Assembly (NCBI GenBank): GCA_963803045.1
Contig: CAWDLC010000014.1
Coordinates: 50,003 to 114,002, forward strand
DNA: 64,000 bases
Direction of reading: 5' to 3'
Origin: Candidatus Binataceae bacterium
Lineage (GTDB): Bacteria > Desulfobacterota > Binatia > Binatales > Binataceae
Shown one piece after another: positions 1 to 9,580 of this stretch (its first letter is position 1; every line of letters begins with the position of its first letter). The notes under the pieces were generated by a model. The model ran no database searches. It was not told where the DNA came from and saw nothing but the letters and a program-made list of their open reading frames with translations. A program made the position numbers and the translations under genes.

Positions 1-174
1 TTTGTTTGCGGCGTCGAGCGCTTTGGTCGCGGACTCTTCGGCGCGCGCGGCGGCTTCCTCCGCCTTCGTGGCCGCGGCTTCGGCCTGCTCGGCCTGCTGC
101 TCCTTTTGTGCGGCGCATCCGGCTACAGCGATCACTAGGACCAGCACCGGCAATTTGGAAAAAAGTTGGCGCAA
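1..174 (-). CDS. lipoprotein, partial (C-terminus lies beyond the left edge)
   Basis: TTG at 172-174 with GAGG 6 nt upstream. It translates to (M)RQLFSKLPVLVLVIAVAGCAAQKEQQAEQAEAAATKAEEAAARAEE..., i.e. a signal peptide, the lipobox VAGC, then an Ala/Glu/Lys-rich stretch. The frame stays open to position 1. Confidence 0.45.
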   Translation of the reverse strand, partial: MRQLFSKLPVLVLVIAVAGCAAQKEQQAEQAEAAATKAEEAAARAEESATKALDAANK

Positions 175-182
175 GCGACACC

Positions 183-1058
183 TCAGCGTTGAGCGAACGC
201 CTGGACCGCGCGAAGGTCGGGCTGCGGCGCGCCGTCGGAACGCAGCGGCAGGATGCAGACGTGAGAGGCGCCGGCCTTGAGGTGCGCGTCGATGCGATCG
301 CGAATCTTGTCCTCGGCGCCCCACGCCACGATGGCATCGACGAGCCGATCGGAGCATCCGTTTTCGAATTCCTTGTCAGCCCATCCGAGCGCTTTGAGGT
401 TGTTGGTGTAGTTGGGCAGGCGCGGAACGTAGGTCTTCATGTAGGCGCGCGCCGCGGTGCGGGCTTTGGCGGCGTCGGTTTCGAGGATGACGGCCTGCGC
501 CGCGCATAGCATCGCGTTCGGTCCGATTTGCGCGCGTGCTTTGGCGGTATGCTCGGGCGGAACGAAGTAGGTGTGTGTGCCGTTGGCCTCGGCCGCCGAC
601 AGCGCGAGCATCTTGGGATGCAGCGCGGCGAGCACCACGGGCACCGGCTCTTTGGGCGCCGGCGCCACGTAGAGCGCGTTCTTCATCTTCGGCAGATACT
701 CTTTCATGTAGCTGTAGGGCTTGTCGTAATTGTGGCCGCGCAGGTTGGTGACGAGAGGCTTGTGACTGACGCCGATGCCGAGCAGGAAGCGGCCGCCGGA
801 AAGCTCGGCGACGGTCTTCGACGCGGCCGCCATCGTAACCGCGTCGCGGGCCCAGATGTTCGCGATGCCGGTTGCGATGGCGAGGCGATCGGTATGGCTA
901 AGCAGGTACGCGGCGTGTGCGAACGGCTCACGGCCGACGGCCTCGGGAATCCAGAGCGCCTTGTAACCGAGCTTCTCGACCAGTTTGGCGAATTCGGCGG
1001 TATCTGCCGCGGCCATCGCGTCGAGGAAGAACCAGATTCCGATTTTTCCGATATCCAT
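183..1058 (-). CDS. luciferase-like monooxygenase (LLM) class oxidoreductase, probably F420-dependent
   Basis: 291-aa ORF. The N-terminus GIWFFLD...AEFAKLVEKLGYKALWIPEAVGREPF and the overall length are typical of the LLM TIM-barrel family. F420 dependence is inferred from resemblance to that subgroup. Confidence 0.75.
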   Translation of the reverse strand: MDIGKIGIWFFLDAMAAADTAEFAKLVEKLGYKALWIPEAVGREPFAHAAYLLSHTDRLAIATGIANIWARDAVTMAAASKTVAELSGGRFLLGIGVSHKPLVTNLRGHNYDKPYSYMKEYLPKMKNALYVAPAPKEPVPVVLAALHPKMLALSAAEANGTHTYFVPPEHTAKARAQIGPNAMLCAAQAVILETDAAKARTAARAYMKTYVPRLPNYTNNLKALGWADKEFENGCSDRLVDAIVAWGAEDKIRDRIDAHLKAGASHVCILPLRSDGAPQPDLRAVQAFAQR

Positions 1059-1096
1059 GACTCAAGTAAGTAACGCGTCGGCGAAATTTGAACAAG

Positions 1097-1114
1097 GCAG
1101 GGGCCAGCCCCTGC
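1097..1114. repeat. GC-rich palindromic hairpin GCAGGGGC-CA-GCCCCTGC (family A, copy 1)
   Basis: Perfect 8-bp inverted repeat in the 63-bp spacer between the GNAT stop (1122) and the LLM start (1058). Near-identical copies are at 4606-4622 and 63011-63028. Confidence 0.8.
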
Positions 1115-1121
1115 GCCCGAG

Positions 1122-1574
1122 TCAGGAAGAAAACGAGCCAGAGCCCGGAACCGGCGCGAGAAGCTTTACATAGATGAGTTCCGGGTCGCCCTCGTCGAGA
1201 TTCTCGATGTAGCCGCTCTTGACGAAGCCCAATCGATCGCACAGCCGCTGCATCGGAATGTTCGACTGATTGGTCGAAGTGAAGAGCTTTGCAGCCTGAC
1301 AATCGAGCTCGGCCGCGCGCATCAGGGCGCTCGCGAGTCCGCGACGGCGGAAATCGGGATGCACGAGCAGCAGGCGCACGAAAAATTGGTCGAAGAAACT
1401 CTCATCCGCGATGACGAAGCCGCGCACGACTCCGTCGACGCGCGCCACTGCGACGCGGCCGTGGGCGCAGGCCTCGCCGATAAATCTGCGCCGTGAGGCG
1501 CCCGCATGGACAGTTTCGTCCAGCGCGCAAATGTGCTCAAAATCCTGACCGGAAGCCCGCTCGATTATCGTCAT
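1122..1574 (-). CDS. GNAT family N-acetyltransferase
   Basis: Internal ATG (CAT at 1572-1574) of ORF 1122..1832 gives 150 aa: MTIIERASGQDFEHI...LLLVHPDFRRRGLASALMRAAE...MQRLCDRLGFVKSG, containing the acetyl-CoA-binding R-R-x-G-x-A motif. The upstream 86 codons of the ORF are Ser/Thr/Arg-rich shadow sequence overlapping the crotonase gene. Confidence 0.8.
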   Translation of the reverse strand: MTIIERASGQDFEHICALDETVHAGASRRRFIGEACAHGRVAVARVDGVVRGFVIADESFFDQFFVRLLLVHPDFRRRGLASALMRAAELDCQAAKLFTSTNQSNIPMQRLCDRLGFVKSGYIENLDEGDPELIYVKLLAPVPGSGSFSS

Positions 1575-2400
1575 GAATCCCGCCAGAGGTACGATTTCCG
1601 TGAAGGATGAAACTTCAGTCGATCCGTTGATAGTTCGCCGCGAAGCACCGCTGGGATGGATGGTGCTGAACCGGCCGCAAGTTCGCAACGCGCTCAATCT
1701 TAGGACCTGGCAGCGGATTGCGGAAGGTGTCGCGGAACTGGCGAGCGACGACGCGGTTCGCGTGATCGTCATGCGCGGCGCGACGCCGCAGGCGTTTATC
1801 GCGGGCGCGGATATCTCGGAGTTCCCTGCCATGCGGGCCGATGCGGCGCAGGCGCGTGCCTATCGCGACGCGCCCAACAGTGCAATCGCGGCGATTGTCG
1901 AATGCCGCAAGCCGATCGTCGCGATGATTTCCGGGGTATGCATCGGGGGCGGCGTACAGGTCGCGCTCGCATGCGACATCCGGATAGCGGCACGCGGCAC
2001 GCGCTTCGGGATTCCCGCCGCGCGGCTTGGACTGGCGTATCCGCTGGAAGGCGTCAACGTGCTCGCGCATACGGTGGGTCCCGCCAACGCGCGCGATATC
2101 CTGCTGTCGGCGCGGCTGTTCGACGCGGAAGAGGCTCTGCAGATGGGGCTAATCAACCGCGTGGTCGATCCCGAAAAGCTCGAGGAAAACGTGCGCGACT
2201 ACGTGCTCACGATGGCGACCAACGCGCCGCTGACGATGGCTGCCGCCAAGCTGGCGATTGGCGAGAGCCTGAAAGATCGCGAGGAGCGCGACACGAAGGC
2301 GGTTTCGACGATGGTCGCGCGATGCTTCGACAGCGAGGACTATCGCGAGGGCGTGCGCGCATTTCTGGAAAAGCGCCGGCCGAATTTCAGGGGCCGCTGA
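1573..2400 (+). CDS. enoyl-CoA hydratase/isomerase (crotonase family)
   Basis: 275-aa ORF with LNRPQVRNALN...VIVMRGA...FIAGADISEF...PIVAMISGVCIGGGVQVALACDIRIA...FREGVRAFLEKRRPNF. An alternative GTG start lies near 1600 with AGAGG upstream. Confidence 0.9.
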   Translation: MNPARGTISVKDETSVDPLIVRREAPLGWMVLNRPQVRNALNLRTWQRIAEGVAELASDDAVRVIVMRGATPQAFIAGADISEFPAMRADAAQARAYRDAPNSAIAAIVECRKPIVAMISGVCIGGGVQVALACDIRIAARGTRFGIPAARLGLAYPLEGVNVLAHTVGPANARDILLSARLFDAEEALQMGLINRVVDPEKLEENVRDYVLTMATNAPLTMAAAKLAIGESLKDREERDTKAVSTMVARCFDSEDYREGVRAFLEKRRPNFRGR

Positions 2401-2886
2401 GTGCCTGGATTCACGTTGCATCGTCGCTTGCGCATCCAATTCGGCCCGCTTGCGCTCGGGGTCATCCTGCCCGCGTTGCTCGGATGCGCGCGGGGTCCAT
2501 GCGTCACGATAGTCGGCGCTGACGGCAAGCCGCGCGCCACAGTTGCGGTTGAAGTGGCGAACACGGGGGCGCTGCGCGAGTTCGGCCTGATGTATCGCAA
2601 GCATCTGGACGAGAATGCGGGGATGATCTTTGTTTTCCCGGATGCGGCGCGCCGGAATTTCTGGATGCACAATACGCCGATTTCGCTCGATATGATTTTC
2701 GCGGACGCGGCGGGCCGGGTGACGGGAATCGTTACGAACGCGGAGCCGTTTTCCGACAAGCTGCTCGGCGTCGAAGGCGACTCGCAGTATGTGCTCGAAG
2801 TGAACCGCGGTTTCTGCGCGAAAAACGGAATCAAGCCCGGTGACCGATTCGATTTCTCCGGGTTTCCACCCCACGCGTCGGAATAA
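2401..2886 (+). CDS. DUF192 domain protein, probable lipoprotein
   Basis: The GTG start directly abuts the crotonase TGA. It has a signal peptide with lipobox LLGC, and GLMYRKHL...GMIFVF...FWMHNTPISLDMIFAD matches the DUF192 pattern. Confidence 0.8.
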   Translation: MPGFTLHRRLRIQFGPLALGVILPALLGCARGPCVTIVGADGKPRATVAVEVANTGALREFGLMYRKHLDENAGMIFVFPDAARRNFWMHNTPISLDMIFADAAGRVTGIVTNAEPFSDKLLGVEGDSQYVLEVNRGFCAKNGIKPGDRFDFSGFPPHASE

Positions 2887-2933
2887 TCGGGCGCTTTAAC
2901 CGGCCGCGAACATGCGGTATCTATCTTGCCGGT

Positions 2934-2960
2934 GGCGCGTGACGGGCGCCTTTTTGTTTG
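2934..2960 (+). terminator. Rho-independent terminator candidate
   Basis: GGCGC-GTGACGG-GCGCC hairpin followed by TTTTTGTTTGT, 48 nt after the DUF192 stop. Confidence 0.55.
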
Positions 2961-2992
2961 TCGCCGATCTCGTCTTATCGCGGTTGTGACAA

Positions 2993-4543
2993 ATGGGTCT
3001 TAAAGAAAATCTCGAACAACTCAAGCGACTCACGCGCGAGGCGGAGGCGGCCGGCGGCCAGGAGCGGCTCAAGAAGCAACGCGCACAGGGCCGCATGACC
3101 GCGCGCGAGCGGGTCGAGTTTCTCCTCGACCGTGATTCGTTCGTCGAACTCGACAAGTTCAAGACCCATCGAATCACCGACTTCGACATGGCGGAGAAGA
3201 AAATCCCCGGCGACGGCGTCGTGACGGGCTACGGCACGATCGACGGGCGGCAGGTGTGCATCTTCAGCCACGATTTCACGGTCTTCGGCGGCAGCCTGTC
3301 GGGCGCATTCGCGGAGAAGGTCTGCAAGGTGATGGACCTCGCGATGAAGACCGGATGCCCTGTGATCGGGCTCAACGACGGCAGCGGCGCGCGAATCCAG
3401 GAGGGCGTCGTGTCGCTGGCGGGCTACGCCGATATTTTTCTGCGCAACGTAATGGCGTCGGGAGTGGTCCCGCAAATTTCCGCGATCATGGGACCGTGCG
3501 CCGGCGGCGCGGTGTATTCGCCGGCGATGACGGACTTCATCGTGATGGTGCGCGATACCTCGTACATGTTCATCACCGGCCCCGACGTGATCCGGGCGAC
3601 CACGCACGAAGAGGTCACGATGCAGGAACTCGGCGGCGCAGATACGCATAGCCAGAAGTCGGGCGTGTGCCATCTCGAGGCCGACGACGACGCGGGCGCG
3701 CTCGCAATGATCCGCGAACTGCTTTCGTTTATTCCGTCGAACAATGTCGATGATCCGCCGTTCGTCGCGGGCGGCGACGATCCCGCCCGGATCGATGCCG
3801 CGCTCGATTCGATCGTCCCCGAAAATCCCAACAAGGCCTACGACATGGGCGAGATCATCCGGCGCGCGGTCGATGACGGCCAGTTTCTGGAAGTGCAGAA
3901 GGACTACGCGCACAACATGCTGATCGGGTTCGCGCGGCTCGGCGGCTACTCGGTTGGCGTGGTCGCGAATCAGCCGGCCTTTCTGGCGGGATGCCTCGAT
4001 ATCGACTCGTCGGTGAAAGCGGCGCGATTCGTGCGCTTCTGCGACGCGTTCAATATTCCACTTGTCACGTTCGTGGACGTGCCGGGCTTTCTGCCCGGTA
4101 CGGCGCAGGAGTTCGCCGGAATTATCAGGCATGGCGCGAAACTGCTCTACGCGTTCTGCGAGGCCACCGTGCCCAAGGTGACGGTGATAACGCGCAAGGC
4201 TTACGGCGGTGCGTACGACGTCATGTCGTCTAAGCATATTCGCGGCGATTTCAACTTTGCGTATCCGAGCGCCGAGATCGCGGTGATGGGACCCGAGCAG
4301 GCCATCAACATTGTTTTTCGCAACGAGATCGCCAAGGCCAAAGACGCAGTCGCCGAGCGCGCGCGGCTGACCGAGGACTATCGCAAGACTTTTGCCAATC
4401 CGTTCAAGGCGGCTGAGCTTGGCTATATCGATGAAGTGATCATGCCGCGCGACACGCGTCCCAGGCTGATCGGCGCATTGAAGGCGCTCGCGAACAAGCG
4501 CGACAAGAATCCGCCGCGCAAGCACGGCAATATTCCACTTTGA
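2993..4543 (+). CDS. pccB: acyl-CoA (propionyl/methylmalonyl-CoA) carboxyltransferase beta subunit
   Basis: 516-aa ORF with carboxyltransferase hallmarks: [70 protein letters not shown]. It is the first gene of a biotin-carboxylase, BCCP and mutase operon. Confidence 0.9.
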   Translation: MGLKENLEQLKRLTREAEAAGGQERLKKQRAQGRMTARERVEFLLDRDSFVELDKFKTHRITDFDMAEKKIPGDGVVTGYGTIDGRQVCIFSHDFTVFGGSLSGAFAEKVCKVMDLAMKTGCPVIGLNDGSGARIQEGVVSLAGYADIFLRNVMASGVVPQISAIMGPCAGGAVYSPAMTDFIVMVRDTSYMFITGPDVIRATTHEEVTMQELGGADTHSQKSGVCHLEADDDAGALAMIRELLSFIPSNNVDDPPFVAGGDDPARIDAALDSIVPENPNKAYDMGEIIRRAVDDGQFLEVQKDYAHNMLIGFARLGGYSVGVVANQPAFLAGCLDIDSSVKAARFVRFCDAFNIPLVTFVDVPGFLPGTAQEFAGIIRHGAKLLYAFCEATVPKVTVITRKAYGGAYDVMSSKHIRGDFNFAYPSAEIAVMGPEQAINIVFRNEIAKAKDAVAERARLTEDYRKTFANPFKAAELGYIDEVIMPRDTRPRLIGALKALANKRDKNPPRKHGNIPL

Positions 4544-4605
4544 CCAAAAGTGTCCCGAGCAGCACTGGTCGCGCGCGACAACGGAGCGCGGTCTTAACAT
4601 TGGGT

Positions 4606-4622
4606 GCAGGGGTCACCCCTGC
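4606..4622. repeat. GC-rich palindromic hairpin GCAGGGG-TCA-CCCCTGC (family A, copy 2)
   Basis: 7-bp inverted repeat in the pccB-accC spacer, with the same core as 1097-1114 and 63011-63028. Confidence 0.75.
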
Positions 4623-4713
4623 CGCGCGGTTAGCTCGCGTGGGCTGGATTCAGTATACAATCTGGAGCGCGTGAGCCCCGGTCTGAAAGGTGGCCGGGAG
4701 CCAGAGGAAATTG

Positions 4714-6231
4714 ATGTTCAAGCGGATTCTAATCGCCAACCGCGGAGAGATCGCGGTGCGGATCATCCGCGCATGCCGCGAGTTGGGAATCGAATCGATC
4801 GCCGTCTACTCGGACGCCGATCGCGCCGCGCTGCACGTGCGCGAAGCCGATCATGCGCTACCGGTCGGTCCGGCGCCGGCGGCCCAGAGCTATCTTAACA
4901 CCGCCAAGATTCTTGAAGTCGCGAAACACGCCAAGGCCGACGCGGTTCATCCGGGTTACGGCTTTTTCTCCGAACGCGCCGCGTTTGCGCGCTCGGTGCA
5001 GGACGCCGGTCTGACCTGGATCGGGCCGCCGCCGGACGCAATCGAGCGGATGGGCGACAAGGTCGAGGCGCGCAAGTTGATGTCGGCGGCGGGAGTGGCG
5101 GTCGTGCCCGGCTCGCCGGGGACGCTGGAGACCGAAGCAGAAGTAGCCGCGGTCGCGAAAAAGATCGGGTTTCCAATCATGGTAAAGGCGGCCGCGGGCG
5201 GCGGCGGCAAGGGTCTGCGCTTCGTCGAGAACGGCAAGAACCTCGCCTCGGTGGTGCGCACGGTCGCAAGCGAAGCCAGGTCCTCATTCGGCGACGGGCG
5301 CCTTTACGTCGAGAAATTTCTCAACCACCCGCGCCATATCGAAGTGCAGGTGCTCGGCGACGCGCACGGCAACATCGTCCATCGTCTTCGAGCGCGAATG
5401 CTCGATTCAGCGCCGCCATCAGAAGGTCGTCGAGGAATCGCCGTCGCCGTTTGTCACGCCGGAGATGCGCGCTCAGATGGGCGAGGTCGCGGTGCGCGCG
5501 GCCAAGGCGGTGAATTACGACAGTGCGGGGACGATCGAGTTCCTGGTCGATGCGGAGCGCAACTTTTATTTCCTCGAGATGAACACGCGCATCCAGGTCG
5601 AGCATCCGGTGACCGAGATGGTGACGGGCGTGGATCTGGTGCGCGCGCAAATCGAAATCGCCGCGGGCGCCAAGCTGCCGTTCAAACAAACGGATCTCGC
5701 GCAGCGCGGATGGGCGATCGAGTGCCGAATCTACGCGGAAGATCCGGCGGCCGGCTTCGTACCGGCGCCGGGAAAGATCGAGACGCTCAGATTTCCCGAC
5801 GGTCCGGGCGTGCGCAACGACGCCGGTGTTTATCACGGGCGCCGAAGTGCCGGTCTTTTACGACCCGATGATCTCGAAGCTGGCGGTGTGGGGTGCCAGT
5901 CGCGAGCTTGCGATCGACAGGATGCGGCGCGCGCTCGGCGAATTCGTAATTTCCGGCGATCTGCGCACCAACCTCGACTTCCATCGCTGGCTCATGAAGC
6001 ATCCCAGGTTTTTGAAGGGTGATTTCGATACCTATTTTATCGACCACGAATACCATCCGAATCGAAAACGGCGCCGCGCCGCGCGGTGCGGAGCTGGCGG
6101 CGATTTTTCTCGCCGCGGTCGCAGCGCAGAAAAGCACCGGTCACGGCAATGGCGCCGGCGCGCAGCCGGTGGCCGCGGCGCGGGCGTCCGCATGGCGGAC
6201 GATCGGCCGGCTCGAGATGCTGCGGAGATAG
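4714..6231 (+). pseudogene. accC: biotin carboxylase (acetyl/propionyl-CoA carboxylase), interrupted by three +1 frame disruptions (or assembly indels)
   Basis: The homologous sequence runs through four ORFs in frames 1, 2, 0 and 1. Frame 1 (4714 on): MFKRILIANRGEIAVRIIRAC...GDAHGNIVH. Frame 2: [34 protein letters not shown]...[12 protein letters not shown]...DAGVYHG. Frame 0: [18 protein letters not shown]...DFDTYFIDHE. Frame 1: ...ELAAIFLAAVAA...ASAWRTIGRLEMLRR*. The shifts lie near 5383-5386, 5834-5840 (a GGG run) and 6040-6075. Confidence 0.85.
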
Positions 6232-6246
6232 CCGGGACTCTTATCG

Positions 6247-6750
6247 ATGCGATACCTCGCGACGCTTGACGGTCAGGAACACGAAATCGAGATTGAAGAG
6301 CTCGCCGCGGGCTCGTTCGCGATTCGTTTCGGTGAGAATCGTTTCGAAGCCGATTTGCGCAAGCTCGGGCCCGCATCCTTTTCGGTGATCGTCAACAATC
6401 GCTCGTTCGATTTCGACGTGGCGCGCGACGGCGAGGAAACTGTTGTCGCATCGCGCAGCCGGTCGACGCGGCTTACGGTCGCCGATGCGGCGCGACGGAC
6501 GGCGCGCGCGGCAGGCCCGCGGCGCGAGGTCAGCGGCCGCGTGGAAATAAAAGCCGCGATGCCGGGCCGGGTCGTCAATGTGCTGGTCGCGCCGGGCGAC
6601 GAAGTCAAAGCGGAACAGGGAGTCATCGTCGTCGAAGCGATGAAGATGGAAAACGAAGTCAAAGCGCCCAAGGCTGGCAAAGTCGTGGAAGTGAAGGCGG
6701 TCGCGGGCCAGGCGGTCGAGAAGGGCCAACTGATGATCGTTATCGAGTAG
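6247..6750 (+). CDS. biotin carboxyl carrier protein (biotinyl domain)
   Basis: 167-aa ORF ending in a biotinyl/lipoyl domain with the EAMKMENEV biotinylation motif. Confidence 0.85.
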   Translation: MRYLATLDGQEHEIEIEELAAGSFAIRFGENRFEADLRKLGPASFSVIVNNRSFDFDVARDGEETVVASRSRSTRLTVADAARRTARAAGPRREVSGRVEIKAAMPGRVVNVLVAPGDEVKAEQGVIVVEAMKMENEVKAPKAGKVVEVKAVAGQAVEKGQLMIVIE

Positions 6751-6788
6751 CAGCGGCAGCCGGATTCGACCGGTAGGGGCAGGTTACG

Positions 6789-8462
6789 ATGGCTGAAGAC
6801 GATCGCAAAATCGCGGACGCCCGCAAGCATTGGGAGGAGCGCAAGCTCAACCCTGCGCTGAAGCGCGGCGGCGAGCGCAAGCCCGCGTTCGTCACCAGCT
6901 CCGGAATCGAAATCAAGCGCGCGTACGATCCCGAAGACCTGAACGACTTCGATTTCGTGAGCGAGCTGGGCTTTCCGGGCGAGTATCCGTTTACCCGCGG
7001 CGTGCAGCCGACGATGTATCGCGGACGGCTGTGGACGATGCGCCAGTACGCAGGCTTCGGCAGCGCGGAGGAATCGAACCGCCGCTACCGCTACCTGTTC
7101 GAGCAGGGTCAGACGGGGCTGTCGGTCGCGTTCGATCTGCCCACCCAGATGGGCCGCGACTCGGATCATCCGCTGGCCGAGGGCGAAGTCGGACGCGTCG
7201 GCGTGCCGATATGCTCGCTGGCCGACATGGAGACGCTGCTCGCCGGGCTGCCGCTCGACAAGATTTCGACCTCGATGACGATCAACGCGACCGCGTCGAT
7301 CCTGCTTGCGTTGTACCTGGTCGTGGCGGAGCAGCGCGGGAACACCTGGGACAAGGTCAACGGCACGATCCAGAACGACATCCTGAAGGAATACGTCGCG
7401 CGCGGGACGTACATCTATCCGCCGCGCGGCTCGATGCGGATCATCACCGACATTTTCAGTTTTGCGTCGAAGGAAGTTCCGAACTGGAACACGATATCGA
7501 TCTCGGGCTACCACATCCGCGAGGCCGGCTCGACCGCGGCGCAGGAACTCGCGTTCACGATTGCCGACGGGATCGCGTACGTTGACGCCGCGCTGAAGGC
7601 GGGGTTGCAAATCGACGCGTTTGCGAGCCGCCTCTCGTTCTTCTTCAACGTGCACAACAACTTCTTCGAGGAAGTCGCGAAGTTTCGGGCGGCGCGGCGG
7701 CTGTGGGCGAAAATAATGAAGGAGCGCTTCGGCGCCAAGGATGAGCGCTCGATGATGATGCGGTTTCATGCGCAGACCGCGGGCTCGACGCTGACCGCGC
7801 AGCAGGTGGACAACAATATCGTGCGCGTGACGATGCAGGCGCTGGCGGCGGTGCTGGGCGGAGCGCAATCGCTGCACACCAACTCCAAAGATGAGGCGCT
7901 CGCGCTGCCGACGGAATCCTCGGTACTGCTCGCGCTGCGCACGCAGCAGCTTATCGCGCACGAGTCGGACGTCGCGGATACGATCGATCCGCTCGGCGGT
8001 TCGTACTACGTCGAACGGCTGACGACCGAGCTGGAAAAAAAGGCGGTCGAGTACCTGTCAAAGATCGACGACTTTGGCGGCGCAGTCGCCGCAATCGAGC
8101 GCGGCTACATGCAGCGCGAAATTCAGAACGCCGCATTTATCTACCAGCGCGAGATTGAAACCGGGCAGCGAATTATCGTAGGGGTCAACCAGTTCACCGG
8201 GGGCGGCGAACCGCCGGGGGAAATTCTGCGGGTCAACCCGGAGCTCGAGGAGAAACAGAAGGCAGGCGTTGCGCGCGTGCGGGCAGAAAGAAATGCGGAG
8301 GCGGCGAACAAGGCGCTCGCACGGGTCGAGGCGGCGGCAATCGACGGGCAAAATCTGATGCCGCCGATAATCGATGCAGTGCGCGGATGGTGCACGCTTG
8401 GAGAAATATCGGACGCGATGCGCAAGGTGTTCGGCGAGTACAGACCGGTGAATACGGTGTAG
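6789..8462 (+). CDS. methylmalonyl-CoA mutase family, large (catalytic) subunit without B12-binding domain
   Basis: 557-aa ORF with [61 protein letters not shown] and [14 protein letters not shown]. No DxHxxG cobalamin-binding domain lies at the C-terminus. Confidence 0.9.
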   Translation: MAEDDRKIADARKHWEERKLNPALKRGGERKPAFVTSSGIEIKRAYDPEDLNDFDFVSELGFPGEYPFTRGVQPTMYRGRLWTMRQYAGFGSAEESNRRYRYLFEQGQTGLSVAFDLPTQMGRDSDHPLAEGEVGRVGVPICSLADMETLLAGLPLDKISTSMTINATASILLALYLVVAEQRGNTWDKVNGTIQNDILKEYVARGTYIYPPRGSMRIITDIFSFASKEVPNWNTISISGYHIREAGSTAAQELAFTIADGIAYVDAALKAGLQIDAFASRLSFFFNVHNNFFEEVAKFRAARRLWAKIMKERFGAKDERSMMMRFHAQTAGSTLTAQQVDNNIVRVTMQALAAVLGGAQSLHTNSKDEALALPTESSVLLALRTQQLIAHESDVADTIDPLGGSYYVERLTTELEKKAVEYLSKIDDFGGAVAAIERGYMQREIQNAAFIYQREIETGQRIIVGVNQFTGGGEPPGEILRVNPELEEKQKAGVARVRAERNAEAANKALARVEAAAIDGQNLMPPIIDAVRGWCTLGEISDAMRKVFGEYRPVNTV

Positions 8463-8606
8463 CATCGCGTTCGGCGGGCGGATTCATATCAAGGAGACCG
8501 GAATCGGAAAGGGGCGGCGCGTGGCGGATTTCGCGAGCGTCGCAAAGCAACTGGAGTTGTGACAACCAACCGCGGCGACCCGCGCATTCGATCGGAGAAA
8601 AAATAA

Positions 8607-9170
8607 ATGGGGCCGATCCCGAAGGGAGCATTTTTGACCAGGGGCGTGGGCCGGCATCGAGAGAAGCTGACTTCTTTCGAGCTGGCGCTGCGTTCGGCGG
8701 GAATTGCCGAGTTCAACCTCGTGCGCGTCAAATCGATTTTCCCGCCCAATTGCAAACTGCTCAGCCAGCAGGAAGGCTTGAAGTACTTGACCCCGGGGCA
8801 GATTGTTTTTGCCGTGATGAGCGATAACGCGACCAACGAACCGCATCGGCTCATAGCGGCGTCGGTGGGCGTCGCGCTTCCCAGCAATCCGGCGCAGTAC
8901 GGATACCTGTCCGAGCATCACAGCACGGGAGAGACGGACCAGAAGGCGGGCGACTACGCGGAGGATCTGGCGGCGATGATGCTGGCGACAATTCTTGGCG
9001 TCGATTTCGATCCGAATCTGAGCTACGACGAGCGCAAGGATCTGTGGCGGATGTCGGACAAAATCGTAACGACGCGCAACGTGACGCAGTCGGCGATAGG
9101 CGATCGCGACGGGCTGTGGTCGTCGGTGGTCGCCGCCGCGGTGTTCGTCGATATCCCCAACGGCAAGTAG
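8607..9170 (+). CDS. pdaD: pyruvoyl-dependent arginine decarboxylase
   Basis: 187-aa ORF. FLTRGVGRHREKLTSFELALRSAGIAEFNLVRVKSIFPP resembles the PvlArgDC family around the self-cleavage serine. Confidence 0.7.
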   Translation: MGPIPKGAFLTRGVGRHREKLTSFELALRSAGIAEFNLVRVKSIFPPNCKLLSQQEGLKYLTPGQIVFAVMSDNATNEPHRLIAASVGVALPSNPAQYGYLSEHHSTGETDQKAGDYAEDLAAMMLATILGVDFDPNLSYDERKDLWRMSDKIVTTRNVTQSAIGDRDGLWSSVVAAAVFVDIPNGK

Positions 9171-9230
9171 TTCGCGAGCGAAGCGCACCGCGCGTTTGAC
9201 CGGCGCGAGACCGGTGCGTACGCTTTAATC

Positions 9231-9533
9231 ATGGCTACCGAAATTCTCTACTGCGCTGCTTGAGGCTATAAGCCGCGCGCGGCCAGTCTGGCCGCGTCAT
9301 TAAATTCCAGGTTCGGCGAGAAGGCGGAAATCACGGCCGGCAAGTCCGGTCAGTTCGACGTGATCGTGAACGGGCGGCTGGTTTTCTCGAAGGCGAGTAC
9401 AGGCCGATTCCCGCTTGACGGCGAAGTCGAAGAGATCTTCGCGGCTCTCAAAGAAGGCCGCGAGCCTGCGCCGGTGGAAGAAAAGAAACCGGAAGGGTTT
9501 CTCGGGCGCATGCTCGGAAAGCTCAGGAACTGA
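9231..9533 (+). CDS. SelW/Rdx-family selenoprotein (in-frame UGA = Sec at codon 11)
   Basis: ATG 9231, TGA 9261-9263, true stop TGA 9531-9533. Read-through gives MATEILYCAAUGYKPRAASLAASLNSRFGEKAEITAGKSGQFDVIVNGRLVFSKASTGRFPLDGEVEEIFAALKEGREPAPVEEKKPEGFLGRMLGKLRN. It has the CxxU redox motif plus Rdx hallmarks after the UGA (RA..L...L...F, G..G.F.V.V.G.LV.SK...GRFP). A hairpin starts 15 nt downstream of the UGA, and selC is in the same window. Neither half appears in the ORF track. Confidence 0.85.
9278..9296 (+). promoter_or_regulatory. bacterial SECIS-like hairpin
   Basis: CGCGGCC-AGUCU-GGCCGCG: a perfect 7-bp stem and a 5-nt loop containing GU. It starts 15 nt 3' of the UGA at 9261-9263, inside the coding sequence. 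Confidence 0.6.
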
Positions 9534-9580
9534 GCGAATCGGCAGGCGACCGCGAACCGTCCTGACAAAAGATCAATCCG

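Noticed and set aside
2975-4600. 541-aa ORF antisense to the carboxyltransferase gene. The same class includes other long antisense ORFs, e.g. 6273..7961(-), 13285..14436(+), 14574..15758(-), 25411..26307(-), 54592..55656(-), 57554..58807(+) and 63149..63964(+).
   Set aside because: These are Arg/Ala/Asp/His-rich, low-complexity translations with no motifs. Each lies exactly opposite a gene with strong family signatures. They are typical shadow ORFs of GC-rich DNA.
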